Notes: generated by a model from the sequence alone, not told the origin. A DNA stretch of 62,939 nucleotides, filler included, from Globobulimina sp. (GCA_003354225.1; 49 parts of 49 records of this genome joined end to end with filler, not necessarily neighbours in it); one strand, 5' to 3'. Positions 50,181-62,392 are shown, counted from the whole stretch's first letter. Numbers and translations: made by a program.

Positions 50181-50828
50181 AGTATATTGTTTGCGTATTG
50201 ATGGTTATATTAAATATGCATCCAATCAAACCAACAGAGATATATTGATTGTTTTTGTATGTTTCGTATATATCCGGCAACTTTTAAATCTGTTCTTTCA
50301 TCATATTCTATGTCATTCATGTCGTCATCTAATGGTGAGGTGGCTGTTGTCATTTCGCGTGTTTGCTAGTTTGATCGAAGCGAAGCAAGTTTTAATTTAA
50401 AGTTACTCGAAAACTAAATCATCATTCTATAGCAATTCAAAGTAATTCGAATATCTGATAAATGAGCATATACACATCCCGAAACTGCAAGAAAAAAGAC
50501 AGCCATAGGTATTCATTATAAATACTTTAATATGTACTGTGAAACATAAATTACATTTCCTGTGAATGTGATATGAAAGACAACTTGATTATAATATCAA
50601 TGATTCGCTTGTTTGAGTTGTTTCTACCATAATTATAAAGTTGTAATTTTTATGCATCTTAAATATGCAGAGAGAAATGCTTAATTTAAGCAAGAGAAAG
50701 TGGTAAACAGCCACAACCAAAGAGTTTATTTGTTATCTGACAAAAAGGTTACAAAAACAATCAATATATCTCTGTTGGTTTGATTGGATGCATATTTAAT
50801 ATAACCATCAATACGCAAACAATATACT
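50181..50828. repeat. 79-nt perfect inverted repeat (50181..50259 / 50750..50828)
   Basis: Exact reverse complement; the left arm runs into the contig edge. Confidence 0.92.
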
Positions 50829-52096
50829 TTGGCACACAATATTAAAATATGAAATTATATATCCATGCAAATATTTGTTAAAACGAGTATTGATGGTATA
50901 TGAATATGTTGGGCTCATCACCCATATCTAGTCTCTGGTGTGCGCACATGCCTCCTCCCGATACTGTTCACTTTCTCTTTTTTTGAAGATTTTAAAAACA
51001 TTTTCTGTATTATTTTGCCATCAAACTAAACGTTTGCTAAAACGGAAGTTTCATATTTGTTTTGAGATTATTTATTAAGTTTGTGATTGCTTGACTTGAG
51101 TGGTGTTTGTATCACTGAGCAATCAAAACTGTAATGTTCTCTGTGATTTTCTAGTTAGTTAGGAAGAGGAAGTGGAAGAAGTTTTTAAGTAAAGATCAAA
51201 ACAGTTAAAAACATTTTAACAATGGGCCCTAAAGCCAGTCAGTTATATAATGTATTACAATTTCTAGATTTTTTATCATTATGAACGCCTTGTTACTATG
51301 TTCAAATATGAATCCCAAAATATGCGGTTTTTCACAACTGTGTACCACTGTGTCTACTCTACACAANNNNNNNNNNNNNNNNNNNNNNNNNNNNNNNNNN
51401 NNNNNNNNNNTTAATTAATTAANNNNNNNNNNNNNNNNNNNNNNNNNNNNNNNNNNNNNNNNNNNNATATCGCGGATTTTGTTTCGAAAATTCAAACGAC
51501 CGTAACTTTTTGCATGTTCACGGTATAGCTTAAATTTTTTTTTCATTGGATTCCTCTTTGAAAGACCTTTCATTTAAAAAAAAAATAGACAAAAAAATTT
51601 GCGGTCTAGAAGGAGTTATGCATCATTTAAAGTTTTTGAAGTCAGAAAATGGGCCAAAAGTCCAAAACTCTATTCAGGTAGTCAGATGTTTTTTTTTCTC
51701 AATTTATAAAGCGCATCAAGGCGGTTCTTTTCGTTTTTTGGTCGACTCTTAAAGCCGGTGCTTTCGTGACCAAAATGTTCCGCGAAAAAAAGTTTCGCAA
51801 ACACATGCTGGAAAAACCATATACATATTATAAATATAAACACCCGTAACTCCCTCAATTTTCGTCGTAGAACAAAAATCTTTTTTTCATTCGATTCTGC
51901 ATAGCAAGGGCTTTAATTTAAAAAAAAGCTCGACTCCCACTTCTGCCTGAATTAACCGGAAAATCATCCGCGAAAAGTTGCTATGGATTAACCAAATTTG
52001 CGGAAATTATAATAATATGGAAACAACTCGAAACGACTACTGCAACCAATGACTGATTAACCATGATGCCTTTTAAGGTTTTTATGTGTCGTCGAG

Positions 52097-52390
52097 GCGT
52101 CATCTAGCTATGTCACATTCAATGGCGCAACGACGCCATTACGCACAATGACGCAACATTTGTTTAGTTTGATAGAACTCGAAAATAATATGCTCTCAAC
52201 GCTTTTCAGCCCTGCCAAGCACACAAAATAATATACTGTCTTGTGCTAATGTGGCGTTGGAGCGTCATTTAACCACACTTAATGACGCAATGACGCCATC
52301 ATGCACAACAACGACACAATATTTGTATAGTTTGACTCAACTCTTCCCAACATGCTCGTAACTCTTTTTATGCTGACCAAACATACAAAC
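52097..52390. repeat. Imperfect ~165-nt-period direct repeat in a non-coding contig
   Basis: GCGTCAT..GACGCCAT..TTTGT.TAGTTTGA..AACTC..TGCTC..CAAA blocks occur twice. Confidence 0.6.
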
Positions 52391-52752
52391 ATCATTTAAC
52401 AATGACGCAAACAATTAGTTATCACATATCACTCTGCTTTTTTGCTATTTTTTATATTCTAATAACAGATAATTGATTGTGTCAATAAGGTTTGTGCACA
52501 AAGTTTCGCTGATCATTCTTTGGTTTTTCAGAAAGGATAAATACAATGGAGGAGCCCATGCAAATAGAAAGAAGGACAAAGACAAATTATGCTTACTAAA
52601 GACTGTTGTATGTATGACTATAGCCAGCTGTTGTCACCTAAACAGCTGAAAANNNNNNNNNNNNNNNNNNNNNNNNNNNNNNNNNNNNNNNNNNNNTTAA
52701 TTAATTAANNNNNNNNNNNNNNNNNNNNNNNNNNNNNNNNNNNNNNNNNNNN

Positions 52753-53938
52753 TGAATTCTGCCGATCCACCAAACCTTTATCAAAATATTCCACGCCGTT
52801 GTAAATCGCGGTGAATTTCGGTACCATTAAGACGCAGACAGCAAAAGCAATCATTAACAGCCAAACCGCCATCCACAACAGACGCAAAACGTGCGCATTG
52901 ATGGACAATAAGAGGAATAGGATGGCGATTAACAGCACGATGAAGAAAGTATGATATAATATGACTGCGATATGTTTGGACTCATTGAATTGCGGGTTGA
53001 CACTGCGCAAATTCCACGCAATTCTGCTGCCCCATAAAATGAATGCAAACTCGAATATTAATGGTATCAATGTACAGAGTGTGTCATTGTGCATAATCAC
53101 GCGATCATATAATACACCGTCAAACACATCATTTACGGCCGAGATTTCACCCAATTTGGAGGAGATAGTGACGGCCCAATATATCCAGATTATGGCACAT
53201 ATGCAGACAATGCGTAATAGGATGTATACGGTGGTGATTTCCGTCACTTTGCCTCGTTTGGCATTGATTATTATCTTCTGCAGACGCCAGGATTTACCGA
53301 TTAACGATCCAAACATTAATATAATGGTTGTGTGCACGCATAATACCTCGCAAATGTAATAAGAGATGAATGGATAACCAAATATCGGCACTAGACACCC
53401 GATACAGCCGCCAAATAAGAATAACAATAATAAAGGATACGAGCCCGCGATGATAATAACTTCGCCGCGCGATAAAATTACTAATATGGCACAGATAATG
53501 ATGACAAACATCAATATCATAGCCATGATCTGTGTGACCAGCAACGAATTTGGATACTTTTTTGCAATCGAGATGCAAGCATCGGATACACGAATGGCAG
53601 TATGCAAGTCGGTGAAGGAGGAGGTATGAGAGAGCTCTATAAATTGTGCGGTCAGTGTGGAGTTTATATGCGTGATATTGCGGAGATACAATAAATTGGC
53701 GAGTTCTGTATCGGAGTATAAGCCGCAATTAATGTGGGCATATTTGGTCGCATCGGGTATCCAGGAAAGCCATTTGTTGTTCTCTGGCGATTTGAGCCAG
53801 GCACAGACCGCTTGTAACCGGTCGTTTGTATCCTCGTTGGTGTGGTTGATGTGTTTGTATATGAGGTTGTAATCTGAATTCGTCATTTTTAACCATATCC
53901 GATAGCTTCTTATTTGTAGCCGCAATGATTCTCACATC
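52753..53938 (-). CDS. Class C (GABA-B/Grl-like) GPCR 7TM with preceding extracellular domain, partial
   Basis: GSLIGKSWRL, AWNLRSVNPQFNESKHIA and LMVPKF class C motifs; seven TMs. Confidence 0.85.
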
Positions 53939-54420
53939 NNNNNNNNNNNNNNNNNNNNNNNNNNNNNNNNNNNNNNNNNNNNTTAATTAATTAANNNNNN
54001 NNNNNNNNNNNNNNNNNNNNNNNNNNNNNNNNNNNNNNTCTTTTTATGCCTTTGTTCAAGATAACGCATCGCGCTCTGTTCATTCTAAAGGCTGGCACGC
54101 AGTTTACAAATGTATGGATGATGGCGGCCATTCTATACAATTCCACCACGTTTATCTGATGCATCTTTGCCGTTTGCATCTTATAATGATTATAGGACGA
54201 CAGTGACTTTGTCGCCCTCTGGATTTCATTCCCTTGGCTCTGCATTGCGCCTGAAAGGGATTCAATCATTCCACCCACTTTTTCGACCACCGATGTTACC
54301 ATCTTTTGGGTGGTTGAGTTGGTTTGACGTCATCAGTTGTGTTAAAATTAAAAATGATTAAAAACTGATGCGTCTTATTTTTATATGCATTTTTATAGAG
54401 AATATAGTGTGAAATGTGTA

Positions 54421-54801
54421 CTAAACTCTCATTCCTTGATTTGTTTGGTCATCGACCATTTGCTGCACTTGTTGCGGCATAATAGGTTGCTGCTGCTGCT
54501 GCTGTTGGGTTTGCTGTTGCTGCTGATGCGCCGTTCTTTGCTTCAGCTCATTTCGAATAATTCGCATTTGCTGCACTTTAATCTCTCTCGTGAATATTTG
54601 CTGGCCGTACGAATCTAATTTCTCGTAATACACCATTAATAGATCGGGATCTGTGATCTCCCTCAATTGCGGCCATGGAAGGCCTAATTTGTCTTCGGCA
54701 CATTTCTTGTCCTGGTCATATGTCGCAGGCTCCGATGGATCTTCATTCGAATTCGTATTCGTGTTATCTAAATTTGTTTGATTTTCTTGCTGCTGTGTCA
54801 T
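54421..54801 (-). CDS. Gln-rich hypothetical ORF/exon
   Basis: MTQQQENQ... with a poly-Q tract. Confidence 0.4.
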   Translation of the reverse strand: MTQQQENQTNLDNTNTNSNEDPSEPATYDQDKKCAEDKLGLPWPQLREITDPDLLMVYYEKLDSYGQQIFTREIKVQQMRIIRNELKQRTAHQQQQQTQQQQQQQPIMPQQVQQMVDDQTNQGMRV

Positions 54802-55324
54802 TCTCGGGAATCGCCTAAAAATATGTTTTATTTCTCTTTTTGTTGTGTTTGTTGGTTTATGAGAGGGAAGTGAAGTAGTTTTTGACTGAGTGACTCTCGC
54901 TAAAGTAGAAAACGCTCTTTTCATTCTTAAGAAAAAATTATTATATGAAAGGAGCGAGTATTTCGTTTCTCGGATTCGCTCGCATTATGAATCCATATGA
55001 CATCATCCATATATTCGGATTATGGATTCAGTATTATATTGGATGGTATTACCATTTTCGATACCATCTACCCTTTTTTTTGTTGAACTTGTTAAAATGT
55101 AAATCTCTGGATTTCTCAAAAAGCTTCAAAACCGTAAAAAGTCCAATTTCTCTAAAACTTCAAAAAATCCATTCCTTCCAAACTACCCAAACAAGAAATT
55201 TCCTTCAATTTATATTTTGCCGAGNNNNNNNNNNNNNNNNNNNNNNNNNNNNNNNNNNNNNNNNNNNNTTAATTAATTAANNNNNNNNNNNNNNNNNNNN
55301 NNNNNNNNNNNNNNNNNNNNNNNN

Positions 55325-56010
55325 AAAAGGAAAATAAAACCAATGAAAATATTAATAAAAATGAACCGGAAACTGTGATAAAATTGGTTTCCTCATCAAA
55401 AAGTGCGAAAAGAAGCAGACGCAAAAAATTAAAGGAAATTAAAAGGATGCAAGCTGTGGCAATGTTAAATAATGGGAATGTTTCCGTTTCTGCCACAAAA
55501 GTGATTGTACATAATAAGAAGATAAATAATGACAGAATGTGGGGCAGATTTGAATTGATTTTAGAATCATTTTTATTTCAATGGAAATATAGAAATATAT
55601 TTTTATGTGAACCATATGCAAATAATATCATTTATAACAAATCAAAGTGTACTCAATTTAGGCAAAACTATGATAAAAAAATGAGTCCAATTTCAATGCA
55701 TTTCCAGTCAATTATTTATGGAGTTTATGAGATAATATTTGCATTTTTAAGATTACAAACAAGAAATAAATGGTTTTATAAGATGTATAATGATAATAAG
55801 CGACAGATTCCATGTTTAAAAATATACGATGATAATATTCAAGAAATTAAAACCAAAATAGAGAACTGGAAGGAAAGTTTATTGCGGTCAGCACGAATGA
55901 ATGAGTTGGATATTCCGTATTGTTGGGATGTTTTTAATGTGAAACTGTATCATTGGATATTTCATAACATGCAAATTGCAAAACAATGGATCAACGAATG
56001 TGCGATATAA
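55325..56010 (+). CDS. Hypothetical protein C-terminus
   Basis: Open frame of more than 210 codons. Confidence 0.5.
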
Positions 56011-56087
56011 TGAATTTCTTTTCAGATTAATAACTGTGCAACAAATCTACTAAAAACTTTTTCTTAATTGTTCAGTTCTGTTAAAGC

Positions 56088-56510
56088 ATGGCACAGTGTG
56101 TATACTCCAAAAACGAGGTCGTATTATGTCTATCACCGACTGACCACAACTGGCATAAAGCAAAAGTAAGACTCCATTCTTCAATTAAATGTTGAAACCA
56201 ATGTAATATGCAAAAAACACAACAGATCATCGACGTGAAAATAAAAGATTCAAAACGATGTTATCGAATGCATTACCATGGCTGGAACAGCAGGTAATAT
56301 ATAACTAACAATGCTAAATATGTACTAAATATATATTGATTGTGCTAATGCCATACTGACACAGTTGGGATGAATGGGTGCATGAACCATGCCGCTTAGC
56401 CAAAGCATCCAAAGATAGTACTGTTAGCAACCAATTACTAGAGACAAAAAAGAGAGAGCAGCAACAATTAATATCCAATTTAAATGTAAATATAAATACA
56501 AATACATATG
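56088..56510 (+). CDS. MRG15/EAF3-like protein N-terminal chromo-barrel; introns 56166..56225 and 56294..56364
   Basis: Spliced WHKAK-IIDVK..YRMHYHGWNS-SWDEWVHE..RL. Confidence 0.85.
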
Positions 56511-56610
56511 NNNNNNNNNNNNNNNNNNNNNNNNNNNNNNNNNNNNNNNNNNNNTTAATTAATTAANNNNNNNNNNNNNNNNNNNNNNNNNNNNNNNNNN
56601 NNNNNNNNNN

Positions 56611-56858
56611 CTTGCCATTGCCATTGTCGTCCGCGTTGTTGCTGTCTTGATGCTTTTTGTTTCGTTTCGATAATTAGATTTCTTTGTAATTGTAGTTCTT
56701 GATTATATTCCATTTTTAATGATGGATCGGAACCGTATGGGAATTTTTCGTATGCCATATTTGATGTTCGCATCTTTTCAGCTAATGTTATTATTTTCAT
56801 CCAAGGGGCCTTTGATAAGTCGAAATCCGGTTCATTTTGTTTGTCTGCAAATTGTAAT
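56611..56858 (-). CDS. Eukaryotic-style coding fragment chimerically joined to gtrA
   Basis: LQFADKQNEPDFDLSKAPWMKIITLAEKMR... open to the contig edge. Confidence 0.45.
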
Positions 56859-57098
56859 CACCAAAATAGACACTTGAATAAAAAAAAATTTTATTCCGGT
56901 ACTAAATTTGATATTGCTCTGAAAAACCATTTTACTGTTCGCATAAAATGACCAAGTAAAGGCGAATGAAAATCCGAAAATATTTGCCAATATTGAAGAT
57001 GAGCTTACTAATAGTGCAAATAGTGAAGCCACAACAAAATGAATTGAAGTAGATATTAAACCAACAACCCCATATTTAGCAATCTGTTTGGTGAGCAT
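56858..57098 (-). CDS. gtrA: GtrA-family flippase-like protein, truncated by a chimeric junction
   Basis: QIAKYGVVGLIST, ANIFGF..SFYANSKMVF; follows the GT2 gene. Confidence 0.8.
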
Positions 57099-57124
57099 TT
57101 GTTTTATAATAGATCCATATATTA

Positions 57125-57796
57125 TCAATAAATTTCATCGACAATATAAGGTGGCCTTCTTTTCGATTCTAGATAAATTCTACCAATATATTCTCCAATA
57201 ACCCCTATCCCGATGAGCTGAATCCCTCCCATAAACAGCATAACAGTTAAAATTGAAGCATAGCCTGGTACATCTATTCCAAGAATGATTGTTCTTATAA
57301 TAATAAAACTACCATAAATAAAGGAGAATAAGGACACTAACATTCCCATATAAAGCCATATTTTCAGTGGTACGGTACTGAAACTTGTGATATCTTCGAT
57401 GGCTAAATTCCATAATTTCCAGCTATTAAAGCTACTACTCCCTGTCATTCTACTGTCCCGTTTATATTCAATTATGGCTGTTTTAAAGCCAACCCAGGTA
57501 AAAATCCCCTTCATAAATCGTTGGTTTTCAGGCAGTTGACCAATTGCATGGGCAACTTTCCTTGAAATGAGTCTATAATCACCAACGTTTTCAGGCATCC
57601 TATTTTCAGAAATTTGATTATGAACTTTATAAAAAATTTTTGCAGTTATCCGTTTAAAAAAAGAATCTTTCGAGCGATCAACCCTTTTGGCCAAAACGAC
57701 ATCATTTCCTTTCTCCCAAAGAGATACCATTTCAATAATCAAAACAGGTGGATCTTGAAGATCTGCATCAATGGGAACAATTGCCTGCCCGCTTGA
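57125..57796 (-). CDS. gtrB: Bactoprenol glucosyltransferase (GT2, GtrB/YfdH-like), 5' truncated
   Basis: PIDADLQDPP, GDYRLISR, RFMKGIFTWVGF, GVIGEYIGRIYLESKRRPPY. Confidence 0.92.
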   Translation of the reverse strand, partial: SSGQAIVPIDADLQDPPVLIIEMVSLWEKGNDVVLAKRVDRSKDSFFKRITAKIFYKVHNQISENRMPENVGDYRLISRKVAHAIGQLPENQRFMKGIFTWVGFKTAIIEYKRDSRMTGSSSFNSWKLWNLAIEDITSFSTVPLKIWLYMGMLVSLFSFIYGSFIIIRTIILGIDVPGYASILTVMLFMGGIQLIGIGVIGEYIGRIYLESKRRPPYIVDEIY

Positions 57797-58319
57797 NNNN
57801 NNNNNNNNNNNNNNNNNNNNNNNNNNNNNNNNNNNNNNNNTTAATTAATTAANNNNNNNNNNNNNNNNNNNNNNNNNNNNNNNNNNNNNNNNNNNNCACT
57901 GATTACGAATATCTACTTTATTTTTGCCCATCTTTGCTCGTTTTTGCGAAAATCGACATTTTCTGCCTGGTTCCTAAGTTGCGTAGGCCGATTTTTGTCA
58001 ATATGACAATTCATGCCGCGAATATGGCAAATAGAAGTTTTCCGAACTAATTTTTGATGCTGGATTCGATTCCGAGGTCCTTTTTTACATTGGAATACTT
58101 ATTTAGCTAAGAAAACAACATTTTTGTTTTTAAAATATTACTACCAAGCTTCATTTCAACTTTTTTTCACATTACATGTGCACATCACAAGGTAATACAT
58201 ACTTGACAAACAATACATTAATAATACATGAATTTAAAAAATAGCATTATTGAAAATAGCATATAAATAAAAAACAAAATAATAAAGTTTCAAAAAAAGC
58301 TAAATCCCATTGCCCCACT

Positions 58320-58932
58320 TTAAAACTCATCGATATCGTCATCCCATGGCTTATTTGATTCATCATCTCCATCACAAGGCGGATTTTCCTGATCCAAACC
58401 CCAACAATCAATGCATGATCGTAGATCCAGATAACATGGACACATCGGTTCACCAGAATCGCTCCATCTGCAAGGAGGGATAGGTGGACCCATTGATGCA
58501 TTCGGATCCCAATATTGTCCGGTTAATTCCAACTCTTCAACTCCGACCTATAATGAATGGAATGCATATAATACAGTAGAAATAAGTGTTCACAGATGAC
58601 AAACTACCCACCCAAAGTTACAGTAGTACCGACTGTATATTTACAGAAATACAGTCTTTTGTAAGTCATATACATTAAAGCCATATTTTATAATTTACAG
58701 AAATACATGATTTTGTAAGTTATGTACAGTATGACTGTAGTTATTTATCTTTGCACCTATTACAGTAACTAATATAATTACATGTAGCTACAGTACCTTG
58801 TAAATAGCATGACGATCTTCCCAGGAGACTCCACCCACTGCTTCATTAACACAGTATTTTGGGTCCAACTTGAAGTCTTCAGCAATGAGGTGTGCTGGGG
58901 CAACTCCTTGATTCTTGGTGTGATTCTGTACC
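58320..58932 (-). CDS. Two putative exons (58932..58798 and ~58548..58320) ending in a Cys/Pro/Asp-rich tail; family unknown
   Basis: AG/GT-bounded VQNHTKNQGVAPAHLIAEDFKLDPKYC..HAIYK and terminal VGVEELELTGQYWDPN..CPC..DEF*. Confidence 0.45.
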
Positions 58933-59268
58933 TGATCAGAAAAAACTGAACTTGGTACTTACTGTATTTGTTGGTATTGTATTTGTTATGTATTATAAAT
59001 AATCGATACGAGTATTTGGACATTAATTTTACTTTTACTAGTCGAGATTTAAGTTGAAATGAAGCTTGGTAGCAATATTTGANNNNNNNNNNNNNNNNNN
59101 NNNNNNNNNNNNNNNNNNNNNNNNNNTTAATTAATTAANNNNNNNNNNNNNNNNNNNNNNNNNNNNNNNNNNNNNNNNNNNNAAAGGGAATTATTTGCGC
59201 ATCCTTTGAGGAAGAAGTAACTCTCCCGGGAGCCGAACCAAAATGGAATTCCCCCGCAATGACCATAA

Positions 59269-60368
59269 ATGTGCCTGCTTTCAGAAAGAATAAATTATAT
59301 TGCCCCTGACACCAAATCCAATGACCAATCAAAAGTTAAACCGGCAATCCGACAAACGAATGCCTTCGTCAAATATGACATTCGCAATGAAGAATTGTAT
59401 GATTGCCGATATGATAAAATTAATTTAAAAAATTCAGCCGCGGACTTAGCCGAATATAGAGATGTATGGGCGGCAGAGAATGAATGTAATATTAGTAATG
59501 TCCAGATATCAGCAAATTCATTAAATATTTATTCGCCGGTCAGCAAATTCATGGATTTAATCAATGGAAAGAACCAGGACTATGCGCAGGCCATTGGAAT
59601 TGTGTATAAATTTGCAAACACAAATCACCCAATCCATAGATTGATAATATACGAATTAATACCATCGACGATAATCATTGATCATAAAATGATGCTGCAT
59701 TTAGATCCAATCAAAAGATCCAGAACAGAATCGATATTAATGGACCTAAATTGGAATGTGTCGTTTCCAAAATGGCAATTCAATGACATTGAGATTTCGT
59801 ACATTAAAAAACAATTAGAATGGAGTCCTACAAATATGTGTTTATTCAATGTCCCTTTAAGTATATTGAACAACCACTCATTACATAGAATATTAAACGA
59901 GAAAATTGCCGCCGCAGTAAATTCAACGTGTATATTGTATACAATTATCAATGCAATGAATAATGATTATGCGGTGACGAAAATTAAATTTATGCCACTA
60001 TTACTTGCATTAATTAAACCATACGCAATAAAATTAGAGAGATTGGCTATGGCTCAAATGGAATTAAATAAAATCAAATCGAATCCAGCCCCAATGAATG
60101 AAGACAATAATGATAATTCAAACGATCTTAGTGACGAATCTGTAGATGAAGATCTATGGTTTGATGGCCTAAAAAATGAGATCAATTCGAAATATTTAGA
60201 TATTATTCGTTTAATGGAGAAACACGTCGTATCGCCGGAAGATGTATTAAACAAAAATAAAGTCCGAAATCGAAGATGGTGCAGAAATACATTATATCAT
60301 ATGAGCAATATGACGGGCAGCAATTTTGCATTACCATGGTGGATAAATGTGGAAAGTTGGGAGAAAAT
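59269..60368 (+). CDS. Intronless orphan ORF, partial
   Basis: Open frame of more than 360 codons, no recognised motif. Confidence 0.55.
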
Positions 60369-60470
60369 NNNNNNNNNNNNNNNNNNNNNNNNNNNNNNNN
60401 NNNNNNNNNNNNTTAATTAATTAANNNNNNNNNNNNNNNNNNNNNNNNNNNNNNNNNNNNNNNNNNNNCA

Positions 60471-61172
60471 TTCCGCTTAGCCAAAGCATCCAAAGATAGT
60501 ACTGTTTGCAACCAATTATTAGAGACAAAAAAGAGAGAGCAGCAACAATTAATATCCAATTTAAATGTAAATATAAATACAAATAAATATGCGCGAAATG
60601 GCAAGGTATTTATATTGCCGTTATCTGGAGAAATAAAAATGTCTCTTTACAATCAATTTAAATTAATTTGTGAGAAACCAATCCTATTAATAAAATTACC
60701 AAAACCTCGCAATATGACAATTAATTATATTTGCAATAATTTTATTAAATATCATGGCCATACAATCGAGACTGAGAACAAATTGAATCCAAATGAAGAA
60801 AAATCATTTTTAAAAGAGGTTATTCATTCAATTAAATGTTTTTTTAACGCATTTGTTGATGTCGATATATTATGGAATGAATCTGAAAAGAAACAAAAAA
60901 TACAATTAATGCAGAAATATAATGAGAAAAATAAAAATATGAAGGATACAATTGATTATTGTGATATTTATGGCGTGGAACATTTGCTTCGTTTAATAAG
61001 GAATTTGCCAAAGATTTATGCAAAAGTACAAGGTTTATCGCCAATGCACGCTGCCAAAGTCTCACAATATGCCAGTTTGTTTAATGGATATCTTACCAAA
61101 AATATTAAACATATTTCCGTAGAATTTGATTTTGAAAAGAATCCAAATAATAATGGGTTCATTGTAAGTTAA
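60471..61172 (+). CDS. MRG domain (MRG15/EAF3 C-terminal half)
   Basis: LIKLP..TINYI, LKEVIHSIKCFFN, ILW.ESEK.Q, DIYGVEHLLRL..NLP; overlaps the end of the 56088 gene. Confidence 0.85.
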   Translation, partial: FRLAKASKDSTVCNQLLETKKREQQQLISNLNVNINTNKYARNGKVFILPLSGEIKMSLYNQFKLICEKPILLIKLPKPRNMTINYICNNFIKYHGHTIETENKLNPNEEKSFLKEVIHSIKCFFNAFVDVDILWNESEKKQKIQLMQKYNEKNKNMKDTIDYCDIYGVEHLLRLIRNLPKIYAKVQGLSPMHAAKVSQYASLFNGYLTKNIKHISVEFDFEKNPNNNGFIVS

Positions 61173-61777
61173 TAATTTTTTTGTTGGATTGTGGATTGTG
61201 GCAAATTTTCCATATTTAATTAATACAAATTTAAGATGTTTAATATACAGACATTTTTCTGTTATTAGCAGAGCTCCATACAGTGCAAGGATAGATCATT
61301 TAAATGCCCATCAGATTCAACAATGGACAATGTGAAAAGCAAGGAAAAACAGGTAAATTACAAGCTTTCTTATAATTTATAAATCAATCCATTCAACAAA
61401 TAATTAAATACAGAAACAAAAGAATAGAAATATATTAATATGGAGTCAATTAGGATTAGAAGAAGAGTATAAAGCGAATCAGTCATTATTCAAATTTGCA
61501 TCAAAAGAGGACGGCATAAATGGCATAAATGCAACAAAATGTGTGCGACGAATAAGATTTATCTGTGAAACCTATGTGGAATGGGTCAAAGCAAAGGTTG
61601 CGGGAACGGGAAAGAGCGAAGAAAGTGGGATGAATATATATGATTTAATAACAGNNNNNNNNNNNNNNNNNNNNNNNNNNNNNNNNNNNNNNNNNNNNTT
61701 AATTAATTAANNNNNNNNNNNNNNNNNNNNNNNNNNNNNNNNNNNNNNNNNNNNTCTATATTAAATCAGTTCAACCA

Positions 61778-62337
61778 ATGTCACTGCATTTAAATAATGA
61801 TATCAGTAAAAAAGCAGCTTTTACTTTGTCAACTATACTTCGGTATATATTTGGTTTGTTATGGATTATGTCATATTATCACTTTGTCAAATACGCATCG
61901 TATCCAATGTCTAACGTTGAACAATTACTTCACATTCCATCAACATTCTTTTTCATACCAACAAATATTAGGCAGTATTTATCATATTTTATATTCATAT
62001 TAACGTTTACAATGGAACTAAAAGCAATGTATGATGCTGGACAGGAATCATTTCATCCACAACAAGAAGGAAAATTACATGGAGGCATTTATATATTCGT
62101 CATCCACAAGCATTTGGCGAAATGTTAATATGGTTTGGAATCGCATTATATTATGATTCACCATTTTTATTTTTATTTTCGTTTTTCATCTATACCCCAA
62201 TATGGATATATTGGTGCAAACAGGAAGAAAAAGATTTATTCATACGATTTTGTGATGAATACCAAAAATATATGAACTGCACAGGATTCTGGTTCCCAAA
62301 AATGTCACGTAACTCACGTCCCACTAAAATTGATTAA
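61778..62337 (+). CDS. ICMT/PEMT-like membrane methyltransferase with a frameshift near 62090
   Basis: LHGGIY | IRHPQAFGEMLIW...EEKDLFIRF..EYQKYM..TGFWFP. Confidence 0.75.
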
Positions 62338-62392
62338 TTTTTGCATTTAATACATGTGAACAGTCAAGTCAGTACAACTCAATTGTAGCATC

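Noticed and set aside
52625..52648. Hairpin CAGCTGTT..AACAGCTG as a terminator
   Set aside because: Short stem at a contig edge with no associated prokaryotic gene
2577..57796. Bacterial genes (cheR, GMC, USP, gtrAB) as horizontal transfers into the protist or as a single operon
   Set aside because: They are intronless, on separate contigs or joined at abrupt mid-gene breakpoints; co-sequenced prokaryotes and chimeras explain them better
1189..61754. Regularly spaced TTAATTAATTAA as a CRISPR-like or biological repeat; ORFs ending in X...LIN
   Set aside because: It is an artificial linker embedded in N runs; ORF portions running into it are artefacts
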